A DNA stretch of 64,000 nucleotides from Botryllus schlosseri (GCA_051294905.1 CM119372.1:38132001-38196000); one strand, 5' to 3'; numbered from the stretch's first letter, positions 38,460-51,400 are shown. Numbers and translations are program-made. Notes: generated from the sequence alone by a model not told the origin.

Positions 38460-39447
38460 CTGGGAAGTGGGAGGGGCCATTCACAGTTCCATTTGTGTGC
38501 CTTGGAGTCGATTCTTATCGAAATCCAGCCAATGCTGTGTCAACAAAATGAGCTCGTGTACCATCTAAAAATAGTACATCGAACGCTCACTTATTCGAAA
38601 TTTCATGCTGTTGAGGGTGACGTCATGTTTTTATATACAATGCTCTTTCCAATTCTCTATACCGAGTTGCCGACGATTACCCCTAACCAGTGTCAGCCGA
38701 AAATATTTGGGTTCATTTCAATATGAATGAACTATTCATATACCAATATGGAATCGGTGTCTCGTGCACACCAAAGATTCTACTGACTGCACACAGGTGT
38801 GACGCCGAGAACCGCCTTGGCACACCAAAGATATTGCGCTAAACGTACCGGGATTCCAACCTGGTTCATATACCCGTATAGAAGCATTGCTATATAAAAG
38901 AAATACTTTTGGATTCATTAAAACAATGAAAAGTTTGAAACTAAACTAACTACCCTATATAAAATTGTTAACCAGCCTAAAAAAATGCTGCCCTCAAAAT
39001 TTGGATGAAATCCAACCAGTGGAAGCGAAGTTATTGCAGTAGAACATTTTAAATTGAAAGGAAAAGTATTTACGGTGGGTAGGTCTATAATAAATAATCG
39101 AAGAATTTACCATCGTAAATACAATTTTTTTGATCCAAAATTCTGTAGTCAACTGCAAAAACTTGACTTCCACTGGTTGCAATTTGGTCAAATTTGGCGT
39201 TCGTTGTTTTTTAGATAACCTCCACATTTTATCGAGTAGCCTGTAAAATTTGAAAAAAAGTTATTTTTGAACAGCCCTAATGTCCCTGGATGGTGGAAAT
39301 TATCATTAACTATGTTCGTTACAAACAATCCTCTAATTCATCCCTTGTGTTACCAGAATTTGAATGTTCAAAACTGTAATTCACTGTATTTCTAAGCCTA
39401 CTCTCTTGTGCTTTGTGACTTGAACGTGTGAGTCGCATGGTGTCACG

Positions 39448-41019
39448 ATGTCTGTGGATGGAATGAACCTAATGGTTAGGTCGAAAGTGACGTACCAGAA
39501 TCAAGTTCTGAATCTAAACATCGACCCTGCCATTACACTTGACGATTTATGGATCAAGGTTCGGTTAGCGTGCCGATTCACAGACGCCCAGCTCTTCACT
39601 GTCAAATGGCTCGATGATGAAGGAGATCTTTGCACTGTATCTTCACAACTGGAATTGGACGAAGCTCTACGTCTGTACGAACTTAACGAGGATGACACTT
39701 TGTTTCTGCACATTTTTTCAGGCATTCCAGGAGAACCGGGCATGCAATGTCCCGGCGAGCATAAGATATACCGCCGTGGCGCTAGGCGATGGTACAAATT
39801 AAAAAGGCGCCTCAAAAAGTTGAAAGGACGCAGACAACGTATCCCAATCGTGAATCCACCTGATGATATGCCAGACCATGGTGATGATAGCTCAGCGCAC
39901 AGACCCCATTATAACCCAGCTACAGGCCTAGGAGGCGAGGTAGTACAAGGAACACCTAAAACGACACCTGGGTTTGGATTGATCGATTTTGAGATGTTAA
40001 GAGTCATCGGACGCGGGTCTTACGCCAAAGTTTTGCTTGTGAGTTTGAAGAAGAACAAAAAGCTATACGCGATGAAGGTTATCAAAAAAGAGTTGGTGAC
40101 AGATGAAGAAGATGTGGATTGGGTACAAACGGAAAAACATGTCTTCGAAACTGCTTCGAATCACCCGTTTCTCGTCGGATTACACTCTTGCTTTCAAACT
40201 CGCGAACGCCTTTTCTTTGTGATCGAGTTTGTTAATGGCGGCGATCTTATGTTTCACATGCAGAGGCAGCGTAAACTGCCAGAGGACCACGCAAGATTTT
40301 ACGCGGCCGAAATCATACTCGCACTGCATTTCCTGCACGAAAAAGGCATCATTTACCGCGATTTGAAGCTCGACAATGTCCTGCTCGATAGCGACGGTCA
40401 TATCAAGCTCACCGATTATGGGATGTGCAAGGAAGGGATCTTAAAAGGCGACACTACATCTACGTTTTGCGGTACGCCAAATTATATTGCGCCGGAGATA
40501 TTAAGAGGTGAAGACTACAGTTTTTCAGTCGATTGGTGGGCTTTGGGAGTGCTGATGTTTGAAATGATGGCCGGCAGAAGCCCGTTTGATATTATAGGCA
40601 TGACCGACAATCCAGATCAAAACACGGAAGATTACCTCTTTCAAGTGATACTGGAAAAAGTGATCAGAATCCCGAGGTCGTTGTCGGTAAAAGCTTCATC
40701 CGTTTTGAAAGGTTTTCTAAACAAAATGCCAATGGAACGCCTTGGATGCCATCCGGAGACGGGATTTCAAGATATAATCGATCATGCCTTCTTTAAAACC
40801 GTAGACTGGGACACACTACAAGCCAGACAGGTGATACCCCCCTACAAACCTCCGATTACAGACGAGTATGGTTTAGAAAATTTCGACGCTCAATTTACGG
40901 AGGAACCGGTCCAGCTTACGCCTACAAGTCCGCGTACGATATCGAAAATCGACCAGGGCGAGTTCGAAGGGTTCGAGTATATCAACCCGCTTCTCATGAC
41001 CAGTGCGGATGCGGTCTGA
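39448..41019 (+). CDS. PRKCI: Atypical protein kinase C (iota/zeta type), 523 aa, intronless, no C1 domain
   Basis: PB1 (KWLDDEGD), pseudosubstrate IYRRGARRW, kinase GRGSYAKV / YRDLKLDN / DYG / TFCGTPNY, hydrophobic motif [12 protein letters not shown]-terminal PDZ-type ending ADAV. Confidence 0.96.
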   Translation: MSVDGMNLMVRSKVTYQNQVLNLNIDPAITLDDLWIKVRLACRFTDAQLFTVKWLDDEGDLCTVSSQLELDEALRLYELNEDDTLFLHIFSGIPGEPGMQCPGEHKIYRRGARRWYKLKRRLKKLKGRRQRIPIVNPPDDMPDHGDDSSAHRPHYNPATGLGGEVVQGTPKTTPGFGLIDFEMLRVIGRGSYAKVLLVSLKKNKKLYAMKVIKKELVTDEEDVDWVQTEKHVFETASNHPFLVGLHSCFQTRERLFFVIEFVNGGDLMFHMQRQRKLPEDHARFYAAEIILALHFLHEKGIIYRDLKLDNVLLDSDGHIKLTDYGMCKEGILKGDTTSTFCGTPNYIAPEILRGEDYSFSVDWWALGVLMFEMMAGRSPFDIIGMTDNPDQNTEDYLFQVILEKVIRIPRSLSVKASSVLKGFLNKMPMERLGCHPETGFQDIIDHAFFKTVDWDTLQARQVIPPYKPPITDEYGLENFDAQFTEEPVQLTPTSPRTISKIDQGEFEGFEYINPLLMTSADAV

Positions 41020-41121
41020 TCTACTGATGTGGAACTCAATGCTTTGATAGTGGTAAAAGTGTGGCTATATATTGTCGCTGTGGGATCGAATCGTCTCTGC
41101 TTCATGGAACAGAATTTGCAA

Positions 41122-41681
41122 TTGAATAGTATATTGATATTGAAATGAACCCGAGTATTTTCGGCTGTCACTCGTCAGGGGTAATCGTCAGCAACTAGTA
41201 GAGAATTCGAAAGAACAGCGTATATCAACAATCGTATCACAAAATATGACGTCACCAGCATGAAATGTCTAATACGAGAGCGTTCAATGTACTATTTTTA
41301 GATGATACACGAACTCTTTCTGTTGACACATCCTTGGCTGGTGTATTTTGATAAAAGTCGACTCCAAGGCACACAAATGAAAGTGTGAACGACCCTTTCC
41401 GAGTATGCGAAATCTGTCCTCTCGATAATTTTTTGCACAGGCGGGATTATCCAATAAGTGTTGCCCAATGCAGAATTTACGGCCTTTGATTGTTCCGCAT
41501 CAATCTTGAGCGGATGAGTTAAGGTTGAGCTTTTCGCCGAGTGTGTTCTAATGAATCTAGGTACATGTAGATTTATGGGTTCCTGCAAGTTCTCGTTTTT
41601 GACATTTCATGCTGGTGACATCATATTTTGTGATACGATTGTTGATATACGATGTTTTTTTAAATCTCTACTAGTTGCTGA
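41122..41681. mobile_element. Inverted-repeat MITE downstream of aPKC (family also at 38480-38740, 44328-44462, 51580-51872)
   Basis: 41188-41270 and 41600-41681 are inverted arms (TCAGCAACTAGTAGAG...CAGCATGAAATGTC). Confidence 0.75.
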
Positions 41682-44560
41682 GAAGCTGGAGAAGAATTTG
41701 TAAAGAAGCAAGATCTGATCACTAAAGTAATAATAACTTCATTTTTACAAAGACTCTAATGTGCTAATCTGGTTTCTACGTAATAGTTTCCTTCTGTTTA
41801 TCGCCTTCTAAAAAACGGTACACCCCCTCCACCCCCACCCCACCCGGGGCTTGAGAATACCCTAAAGAGACTGAATCTAAATAATGAAATGCTATTGATA
41901 CATTGAAGTGCTTAGTTGCCTGTAGAATCATTCACTGCGTTGTAAGTGTAGCTGGTAGACTGGTCAATTCCTCTAGTAGGTCTGGTTAAATTCAGTCTGT
42001 TTAGTAAAACCAATTTTACAACCTTTAGAAAACATTTCGGGCAGGCATGTAGCGACTAGAGATTCAAGATTCAATTCCCTTCTTTGACTATCAATGTTAT
42101 GTCACCTTTTGGATGGTGATATCTCATTGAAGCTTTGTATCATTTCGGTTAATACAAGTATGTTGACCTAAAATCATACTCTCTCTACATGTTGATTTTT
42201 TTATTCTATTATTTTAATAAATTCTCCATGTTTTGGTGAACTGCAGATGGCTTGGTCAGAAATATAGATACTGTTTCGTTGATCTCCGTTCAATATGACA
42301 CATTGCTGGCCGTGATGTTCATGTTGACTTTATTTCTTGAATCTGCGTTATGTAATGCAAATAATACCCGCAAAGTCTATTAGTCAGTGCCAGAGACTGT
42401 ATTATTAACTTGTACGCTTACGTTTACACTTTTTTGACCATTGCCCACACGCTTATATATCAATTTTCATTAACGCTGTACTACATCTTGTTTTTCTGCG
42501 TGCATTCCGTATGGAAGCATTGTAATAACTGATATATTATGTTACTATGTACGCACCCTATGGCATGCATGGCTGATACTTGATTTGATGCTAATATATG
42601 AAGGTATTTAGCATCTGACTACCGATATCCTTTCAGTGACAGTGTGCTATTTCGATCGTGTGGAATAATTGATATTGTTACCTTTACCCCGCAAATCATT
42701 CTGTTGCAGTTTCTTCTATTTCGTTGCTATTAGCTTGTAACGGTTACGTGAACGCGGACGTTGATATATCTCTCACCCTTCATCTGTCCGAAATTTGGTT
42801 CTATAGTCCTTTTTGCTATTTTTACATTGATTTTAATTCCCACTGCCGAGACACTGGTGGCAATTGTATTGTGGGAAACTAGCCTTGTATGACCCGATTT
42901 TTCGGTCTCTGCTGGTATATTTAGTCGAAATATGCTATTGCAACGCTAGAAGTACCGCTTACTAACTCAGTGTCGTGAGTTCATATATTATGTCTTACTC
43001 AAAAGATGCCTTACCACTTATATGCTCTGTTATTTCTAAGTTAAAATACTCACAACGTTATTTTTGAATCTTCAGTGAATGATTGAATTTGTATTTTCAC
43101 TTTAGATGAAGCGTTTGAATGGTAGTGTATTATAGTGGGATATCATTGATTGTGAAGCAGCCGTTTGAGAAGAAGGTAAGGAATTTCTCTAAGTTTTACC
43201 TCACTTTATGGCCTATTCATCGCTAGTTGCTATTAAAAGTGTCAATGCTTGTGTATCCGGTGGAGAACTGTACTTAGTATAAAGATATTTTATCATTGGT
43301 CCGTGGTACGATACCTGTTGTGAAGGCTCATTTGGTCTGGTTGATATGAAAATTTCACTCGCAAAAATAGTGATAATTCCACTCGCAAGTGACACAAACC
43401 AATCCATAAACCACATTCTGCTATTCATAGTACGAAAAAGTAGTTGTGCGTCAGCAGCTCTTCAAGTGAAAGTGCCCTGAAAACAAAATATGGTCAGTAA
43501 CGAGAGAGCTCGGATTAGAGCTGCACAGTTTTCGTATTAAATGTTGCAATCACAATTATACCTACATTTTAAATCATAAACTACATTACAATTGGAATTT
43601 ACACCAGCAGTTTTTATCACAAATTACATACTTAACATATTTTGAAAATTACAACACGGACAGGACAGTTCTTTCCCAAATAAGGTTAGAATTGGTATGA
43701 TAACGACGATTTTTACAAAATTGGATTACGATTAGAATTGCTTAATTCGTCAAAACTTATCATTGAATGAGATTCATAATTGGGAAATAGTGCGGCAAAA
43801 ATCGCGCTCGGTTCGTAACAAGTCGGAGTTTGTTATCAAAGTTTGCTGTGAAGCTCTGCGACGAAGAGCCATGGTAGGCCTATGCCGAACTATTAGCATT
43901 AGGTAGGTCACGATAGTAGCTTTGCAAAACGCCTCGATTTTTTCTTGATTTGCTACAGATTTGTCATACAAAAATTAGATTTATAATGAATCACTGTAGC
44001 GAAATTGTGCGATGGACAAATATACTGGAGGGGGACCAGGTAAAATCAAAATTTACCAATTAACTGTTATTTTATCAGAGAGATAAGGCCATTAAGTAAG
44101 TGCAAAGGCACTATGTTGATACTTCAGACCGAAAAAAAGGCAGCGTGTACGGTTTTATAACTACTTCCATTGGTACTTGACCGTTGGCGTAATTTTAGTC
44201 AAAACTACGCCTAGAATACTCTCTTTTCAGTTGTTCGGGAATCGCTACCTTTACTCGTACTTCGGTATTGATTTAATTGAGTTTGGAAAATGGTTGCCTT
44301 GACCTCCTCCGCTGAAAACATAGCCGCTTGAAATAAACACGACTATTTTCTGCTGAAACTTGCCAGCTGTGGTCTAATCGTTGTAACTAGCAGGGAATTG
44401 GAAAAAAATTGTCTATCAACAATCGTAGCACTAAATATGATTGACATTACCGGCATGAAAATGAATGAATATGGATATATTGTTGAAGTGTACTTCCGTT
44501 ACCTCAATTATCCAGGTCATAAATGACTTGGTTCCATATGTTACAGAACTCTGGGGCACC

Positions 44561-46773
44561 ATGGCTCTGAACTCGGAGACGTACCAAGAATTTCAGAGGC
44601 AGCTCGAACTGCAGCAGAAGTCAGACGCAGAATCGGCGACGGGAAAACCAAAAGTCAAAGTGGATGAAGATGGTACGGAATACGAATGGGACGCAGAGAA
44701 AAAGGCCTGGTTCCCAAAGTTCAACGTGGACATACTCATGAAATATCAGGGCAATTACGGACCGGTTGACCAATCTGAAACGGAACAGACTTACGTCGAC
44801 CCTGTGACGAAAGTCACATTTTTGTGGGACCTCAAGAAAAATTGTTGGGCACCGAAACCCAACGAGGACGGGACACCGTGCAGGTACACCCACGCGAACG
44901 GCACTGCGTACGTTTGGAATTTGGAGAAGAACAATTGGGAACTAGAATCTAAAGGCGAGGACTCCGACCAAAAGCCTAATTCAAGTCACGTGTACACCGA
45001 TCCTAAATCGGGGGTCGAATACAAATGGGACCCGGACAGGAACTTATGGGTGGCTGAAGACGGGAAAGTCATGTACCCCTACGCCCACAATGCCATCGGC
45101 GGAACGTCGTACACGGACCCCAAATCTGGGGTTATTTACAATTGGGACAAGGACAAAAACGAGTGGGTTGCCGATAAGCACGCCAGAAATAACAAGAGCA
45201 AAAAAAGTAAAAAAGAAGCCCCGAAAAGGAAGGCTGCCGAACCCACGTGGTTTGACCCGTCGCAGGTAATGTCATGTATGAATTCGTATCGAGTATTAGT
45301 CGTGGAGTATGCACATTGTCATTTTACAACATGATTGATGTGAAAAGTTCGAATGTGCGCCTTTTATGCAACCCGTGAAGATTCCCAATTGAGTGATTGT
45401 TCTGATGCTGATACTGATTCTGATGCTGTGTCAAACTGGGGGGCGTGACAGCATCTGAAGGAGGGGAGCGAAACTGTCTGAGAGAAATCATGTTTCTTGT
45501 ACTCAGAATCAGTTTAATTTGTGTCCAAACCTCCAAGTTTCAACAACGGCAATAACACTAAATATATTACGATTTTGAATGTCATTAATGCGTAGTACCA
45601 TCCATAAACAGATGCTAGATTTTGGCTAATAACGGACCTTGCACTGATCGGAAGAGGTCTCTGAATTTAGATCAACTGGTGAATGCGTGTAGCTGTTGGC
45701 TTATGATTATATGGCGTGTCTGTCAAGCATCTGTACAGAGTGACAGAATGACTCTGACTCGAGTCAAAACTCTATGACTCATCACTCTACTAGCTGACTT
45801 CGACTCAGACTTGACTCGGTGGCGAATTGAAAATGACTGGACTTCACTCGAGTCGAAACTATAGAAGTGAGATTGACTTGTGACTCGGAACCTTATCACT
45901 TGGTCACAACCCTGGTGCCCAGGCTGAGTTATGAGGCCTACCACAAATTTGCGCATACTCTTTAGACCTCATTGGTTGACTAAATAAATATCTCTCTTTC
46001 AGGTTAACAATACCAACGTCTACGTACAAGGGCTGCCTACCGACGTGACCATGGACGAATTCGAAGCCCTCATGTCGAAATGCGGTATCATCATGACCAA
46101 TCCTCACACGGGCAAGCCCAAACTCAAACTCTACAAAGACAAAGACGGCAATTTAAAAGGCGACGGACTTTGCTGTTACTTGAAAAGCGAGTCTCTAGAC
46201 CTGGCTTTACAGCTTTTGGATGAGTCTGACGTCAGGAACTGTAAAATATCCGTTCAAAAAGCTAATTTCGAGTTGAAAGGCTCGTACGATCCCAGTAAGA
46301 AACCGAAAATGTTAAGTAAAAAGGAGAAAGTGAAAATTCGGAAACAACACGAAACCATGTTGGACTGGCGCCTGGCCCGAAAGGAAGCTGCCAAAAAGAG
46401 CGAGCGGGTCATCATCTTTAAGAACATGTTTGACCCGAAAGAATTCGACCAGGACGCAACCCTTATCACGGACATTCGCGACGATCTTAGAACAGAGTGT
46501 GAAAAATTTGGGCCTGTCAAAAAGGTGTTGGTTTTCGACAGACACCCGGACGGGGTGTGTTCGGTCGCGTTTAAAGACTTTGACGGGGCCACGGCTTGCG
46601 TCGGGGCAATGAACGGGCGGTGGTTTGCGGAGAAGAAGGTGGAGTGTGCCCCGTGGGATGGTGTGACGGATTATCAGGTCGAAGAGACCGATAGGGAAAG
46701 GGAGGAGAGGTTGGACAATTGGGAGAAGTTCCTTAACGAGGCAGACGATAAGGAGCCGGACCAGCCAACGTGA
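44561..46773 (+). CDS. HTATSF1: HIV Tat-specific factor 1 homolog (U2 snRNP factor), 2 coding exons, 491 aa
   Basis: Exons 44561-45265 and 46003-46773 joined by a phase-0 GT-AG intron (CAG|GTAATG ... TCTCTTTCAG|G); GTEYEWDAEKKAWFPK, RRM NTNVYVQGLP...KGDGLCCYLK, UHM IIFKNMF...ECEKFG...MNGRWF. Confidence 0.94.
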
Positions 46774-46815
46774 CACGATTCTAGTGATGATTGCGCCGGG
46801 CGCGAGGGTCGTTAG

Positions 46816-48486
46816 CAGGGTTGTTATGACTCGAGTGTCTCAATCTTTTGTTCACTAGACTTGACTCGAGTCATATTCTTAAAAATGGAGAATGACTCAA
46901 CTCAGTCGATCTGTGTATGGAATTGTGTTTGAATCACTGCTTATGACATGACGGAGTCTTATGGCTCGGCACAGGCGTGTGGCCAGGGGAGTGCCGGGGC
47001 TCAAAACCCCTTCATTTTGAAATGCAAAACCCCGTCCTTTCCCGCTGGGTTAATATCGCGTCTTGGGCCTAGCATGCTGTGGCACCTATCTCGCGATGGC
47101 TTGGAGACAATGCCGTTACTTGTATGCTGATCAGCGACTGTGATTAGGGCTGGGCACAATGATTCGAGTACTCGAATCTGAATCGAGTAGTAATTTTAAT
47201 GATTCGAGTCGAGTAGTAAAAGACGATTTTTTCGAGTACTGAAATTATACGGTCCTCGCAACTGAAAGTCAATTTACTGACGAGAATTATAGTTTTGATA
47301 TTATTTTCCACTGAGGAAGCCGTGAAACCTTGATTGGCCGTGTTACAGCACACCAGGCACAGTTTAAAGCTACGAACGTTACTGGAAATAACACATTTCC
47401 GAAGTCATTATCATCCACCAAAATTGTTATGAAGTGCAATGAAATCGGTATGGTCGAAAAAATACCAAAGTATCTTTAATGTGATGGATAACAGGCATTA
47501 CGTTCTTTGTGGTGGCATAAAAGGTTCATATTTGGACTTCGACATAGTACATCCTGTTGTGACGTCATAATGAGTGATACTCGATTACTCGACTCGCGAA
47601 GCATATTACGTGATTCAGAATCGAATCACTCAGGTACTCGATTTTGCCCAGCCCTAACTGTGATCAAGGAGTGACATCGCCAAACTGAATGACATCGCAA
47701 GTCCGCAAACATGTGCGACATGTGTGCGTACATGCGTATTTCTTTTCTGCTAATGCTTGAACATAACCATCGGAAGTCGTACGTGTCAAGGCTTGAGTTA
47801 TAAAAGATGGGAAAGGTTTACACCACTTGAAATCAATGTCATTATAAGACAGATTCCGTAACAACTGAGAAATTTTGAAATGCGCAAATCGACAATGAGG
47901 CTGCGTAATACGCTTTGATAAGCGCGGGTATTTAATTATTCACGAGAGATCATGCACTCGCTAATTGACAGCAGTTCTGGACTTGTTGGGCTGGCTTATA
48001 TGCGTAAGTTCGTCAATACCAGGAGATTGTATAATCATCATTTACACATGCACTTAACAGTAATGAATTGATGCGTTATTAGTAAAATCGAAAAAAAATC
48101 GAAACCCCAGCTTTTATTTCAAACCCCCACACCGTCATTTTTCGGCTGGCTACGCGCCTATATCGGCACATTCTATATGATTCGACAATTCTCGTATTAT
48201 CAGGACCAATGGTCATAAATTAGCTACCGAAACTGTCTTTTATATGCTTAAATAAGCATGTTTAGACTGTAAAAGATGAGTGCATTGTAAATCCGAGGCC
48301 TTCGATATCTCCCAAAAGTTTCACAGAAGCCTATTGAACATGACTTGAACTCGATATTGAACAGGAAACATTATGACTCAGACTCAGTCTTAACACCATT
48401 ACTTGTACTTGGATTTCACTCCGGTGAATTGAAAATGACTCCAGTCATAACTATAAAAGTCAAATTGTGATTTGGTTACAACCCTG
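46816..48486. mobile_element. GACTCGAGTC-family hAT copy with two nested MITEs (46972-48160 and 47145-47656)
   Basis: Outer TIR CAGGGTTGT/ACAACCCTG with TSD GTCGTTAG/GCCGTTTG; middle CAGGCGTGTGGCCAG/CTGGCTACGCGCCTA; inner TAGGGCTGGGCA/TGCCCAGCCCTA with perfect TSD ACTGTGAT. Confidence 0.85.
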
Positions 48487-49717
48487 GCCGTTTGTAGGCA
48501 TGATGCTTGGGGTGTTGTTGTCCGGTTTGAGTATTAATTGGGATTTGCGGCAAGTGGGAATAATCGTACGCTGCTTTCCCTTATTATAGGTTGTTCGATC
48601 TGAGTACCGGAGTTGGTTTTGGTTGGTCTGTGTGTCTACCGGTGCCTACTGTCCCTGCGGTTTTCACATGGTCTGTCCATCAACTGCAAGGTGCGTTTTA
48701 CCTCGTTAAAGTCGTTGATGATGTCGCAGTTGGGATGATGAAATGATGGATCACGCATTTCACCAATTTGCAGAACACTTTCCAGCAAACGATCCATTCG
48801 TTAACTCTTGTCTGATGTTGAGGCGGTGAAGTCATGTCCATTCATTTATTAAAAACGTAAATAACGCTAGACTGCTATTGCACGCATTGCATATTTACTG
48901 GGTCTAACATTTGTTGCGATATCACATTAACACTGCTGTCAGCCTTGATTTTGATCAAGCATTGACCGAAACCCAGTTCGATCCGAGTTGACAATACGAC
49001 GTCGTTTATTGTGCATTGTTTGAAGTGAAAATCACATCACTCTTTCGTAGCATAGTGATCCGTTAATGTAAGGGTTACTCATAGTTTAGCTTCTAAAATT
49101 AGCAAATCATTGACCCTTTATTATCAAGTAGGGAAAAAAACGAGTAGTCGTGTACCACCTATTATGACACCGTACCAGCCTAAGTGCTTTATCTATCATA
49201 TATGTGATCCTGTCGTATGGGGCACATTTTGTGATTCTTGACCTTGTCAAGTATAGCCAACTGCGGCTGGGCTAGATCAATCCAGAACCGAAATGGCATT
49301 TCCATGAATATTACAGGCCTTTTTTTAATATGCGAAATGCTCTGGATGCTGGGTTACGACAGAGTGAGGTTTCAAGGCGCCCACGTTGTAAAGAGAGTAT
49401 CAAAACTATATATTTTCGTTACGATATTACTTTTGATGTGAAGTCGCATAATTTGAGTAGAAAAAAAATCCACACTCATTACTGACTTGAAGAATCGTTG
49501 TGCCCAGCCACTATTTCATGTATTGTGTATAACAACTCAATATCTGCAGCATTTTTTATACGTCGATGTCGCAGTTTCTCCCAATATTTTTCGGCACCGA
49601 TGTCCACATGGAAAATGCAATTCTATTCCAAGATCTCCTTCTCTTTTACAGGGTTCTCTTGTAGTCGATTAGGGTAACGTAATTACCGCCTAAGAGTGCG
49701 CGCACCATTCCGAAGAC

Positions 49718-51400
49718 ATGAAATCTGTGCGGTTCGGCGGCCGCGTCGCCCAAGTTATCAAAGAGAAAGAAGGCGGGCTCGACGATAACTACGCTATCAT
49801 CGTGCAACAACTCAGAGACCCTGATCTCCAATCTCCTCAACTTGTGGAATTACTCCAACAGTTTATCGCCGTGGTCAGCACTTTGGACAAAAGCAAAAGC
49901 GATTTGGTAGACGAAATATTGGCGGTGAACTGGGCGCACAGGGAGAGAAACGTCATGGAACTGTATCTTGACTTTTTGGTGCAGTTGATAGCACACAATT
50001 CCGTGCATCAAGCCAGAATTCTACACTGCCTGCTGATGCATTTTGTCCCTGCCGCGAGCCCTAAAAAAGACAGTGCTCCAATCGTTTGTCATGAGGATTT
50101 ATTCGAACTAGTGCATGGCGCTTTGCAAAAAATATTTACCCTAATCCCAATGACGATAGCCCTTGTAGAGCCTTTGTTGTCCAGCCGCTTTCCGTTCATA
50201 AAGAAAGAGCTTTTGATCGTGGAAAGTTACGTCAAAAACATGCTTGTCATGACCAGATATCAGCCTTCGTTAAGACGGAAAGTATTGAGTGTCATTGTAA
50301 GCAAAGTGCTTGCTCTCGATTTGCAATGTCCTAAGCATGTTATTTTGAAATCGAACGAAGACGAGGAAAGCGTATTTGAAATGGATGCGGATCGGAATCC
50401 TGGTAAGCATCAGGAAATGTACGTGGACAAGTTGGATACTCTCATGGGTATTCTGCTGCGGTACATCCGCGATAACTGCCACGCGGACGGGGTGTTAACA
50501 GGCCGATCTGACGCGATTTTTGAAGAGCTGATGTCCATTTTTGAAAAGATAGTTCTCCCTGCGTACGAATGCTCGCACACACAATTTGCGGTGTTCTACG
50601 TGTGCAGTTTTGCCGGCAAATTCCGAGAAAAGTTTCAAGAGCGCTTGTGGCTCAAGATCACGAATTTCAGCTTGCCGGTGTTGACTCGCCAAACGGCGTT
50701 ATGTTACCTCGCGAGCTTCACCTCACGGGCCAAGTTTGTGGATGCGGGAACCGCGATCGCGGTGTTAAATTCGTTGACACTTTGGATTCATTCTTATCTT
50801 AAAGAGAAGGAGACTAGTTCTTATTGCAATAGCGTGCAAGATGCTCACAAGCACGGTGTTTTTTACAGCGCATGCCAAGCTCTGTTTTATGTGCTTGTGT
50901 TTAGAGTGGATCAAATCTTGGATCTGCCCGATGGGTTTGAAATGATACGTAAAATGCAACTTGAACATATCGTCACGAGTAGATTGAACCCTCTCAAATA
51001 CTGCGTCAGGACTGTGGTCGATGTGTTTGCGAGGATTGTGAGGAAAAACCAAATTGCTTACTGCGACACGATCATTGAGAAAAATGACAGGCACACCTTG
51101 CCGATCTACGGGGTGTCTACGAAGACGGATTTAGTGAACCCTTTGGGGTCGTTTTTTCCGTTTGATCCGTACTGCTTGAAGTCTACTGCGCATTTTTTTG
51201 AGGATATCTATCGGGAGTGGGAAGGCGACGTGCCTCGCGTCGAGGATAAGGTCGAAGCGGACGAGATCGATTTTATGGAGACGGCGCCGATAAATATACC
51301 GGACATCTTCGACGAAGGAAAGATTTTGTCGGACTCGCTCTCGAAGAAGACGTTTGGGATCTCGCCTGGTTTTTCTATGACCGCGAATTCTCCGTACTGA
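49718..51400 (+). CDS. RRN3: RNA polymerase I transcription initiation factor RRN3 (TIF-IA), 560 aa, intronless
   Basis: KSVRFGG, FPFIKK, DKLDTLM, HTQFAVFYVCS, YLASFTSRAKFV, HGVFYSACQALFYVLVFR, LNPLKYC, FFPFDPY. Confidence 0.95.
   Translation: MKSVRFGGRVAQVIKEKEGGLDDNYAIIVQQLRDPDLQSPQLVELLQQFIAVVSTLDKSKSDLVDEILAVNWAHRERNVMELYLDFLVQLIAHNSVHQARILHCLLMHFVPAASPKKDSAPIVCHEDLFELVHGALQKIFTLIPMTIALVEPLLSSRFPFIKKELLIVESYVKNMLVMTRYQPSLRRKVLSVIVSKVLALDLQCPKHVILKSNEDEESVFEMDADRNPGKHQEMYVDKLDTLMGILLRYIRDNCHADGVLTGRSDAIFEELMSIFEKIVLPAYECSHTQFAVFYVCSFAGKFREKFQERLWLKITNFSLPVLTRQTALCYLASFTSRAKFVDAGTAIAVLNSLTLWIHSYLKEKETSSYCNSVQDAHKHGVFYSACQALFYVLVFRVDQILDLPDGFEMIRKMQLEHIVTSRLNPLKYCVRTVVDVFARIVRKNQIAYCDTIIEKNDRHTLPIYGVSTKTDLVNPLGSFFPFDPYCLKSTAHFFEDIYREWEGDVPRVEDKVEADEIDFMETAPINIPDIFDEGKILSDSLSKKTFGISPGFSMTANSPY

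Noticed and set aside
42200..42225. ATTCTATTATTTTAATAA resembling an ascidian spliced leader
   Set aside because: Imperfect match in AT-rich sequence, with no following GT donor or Sm site.
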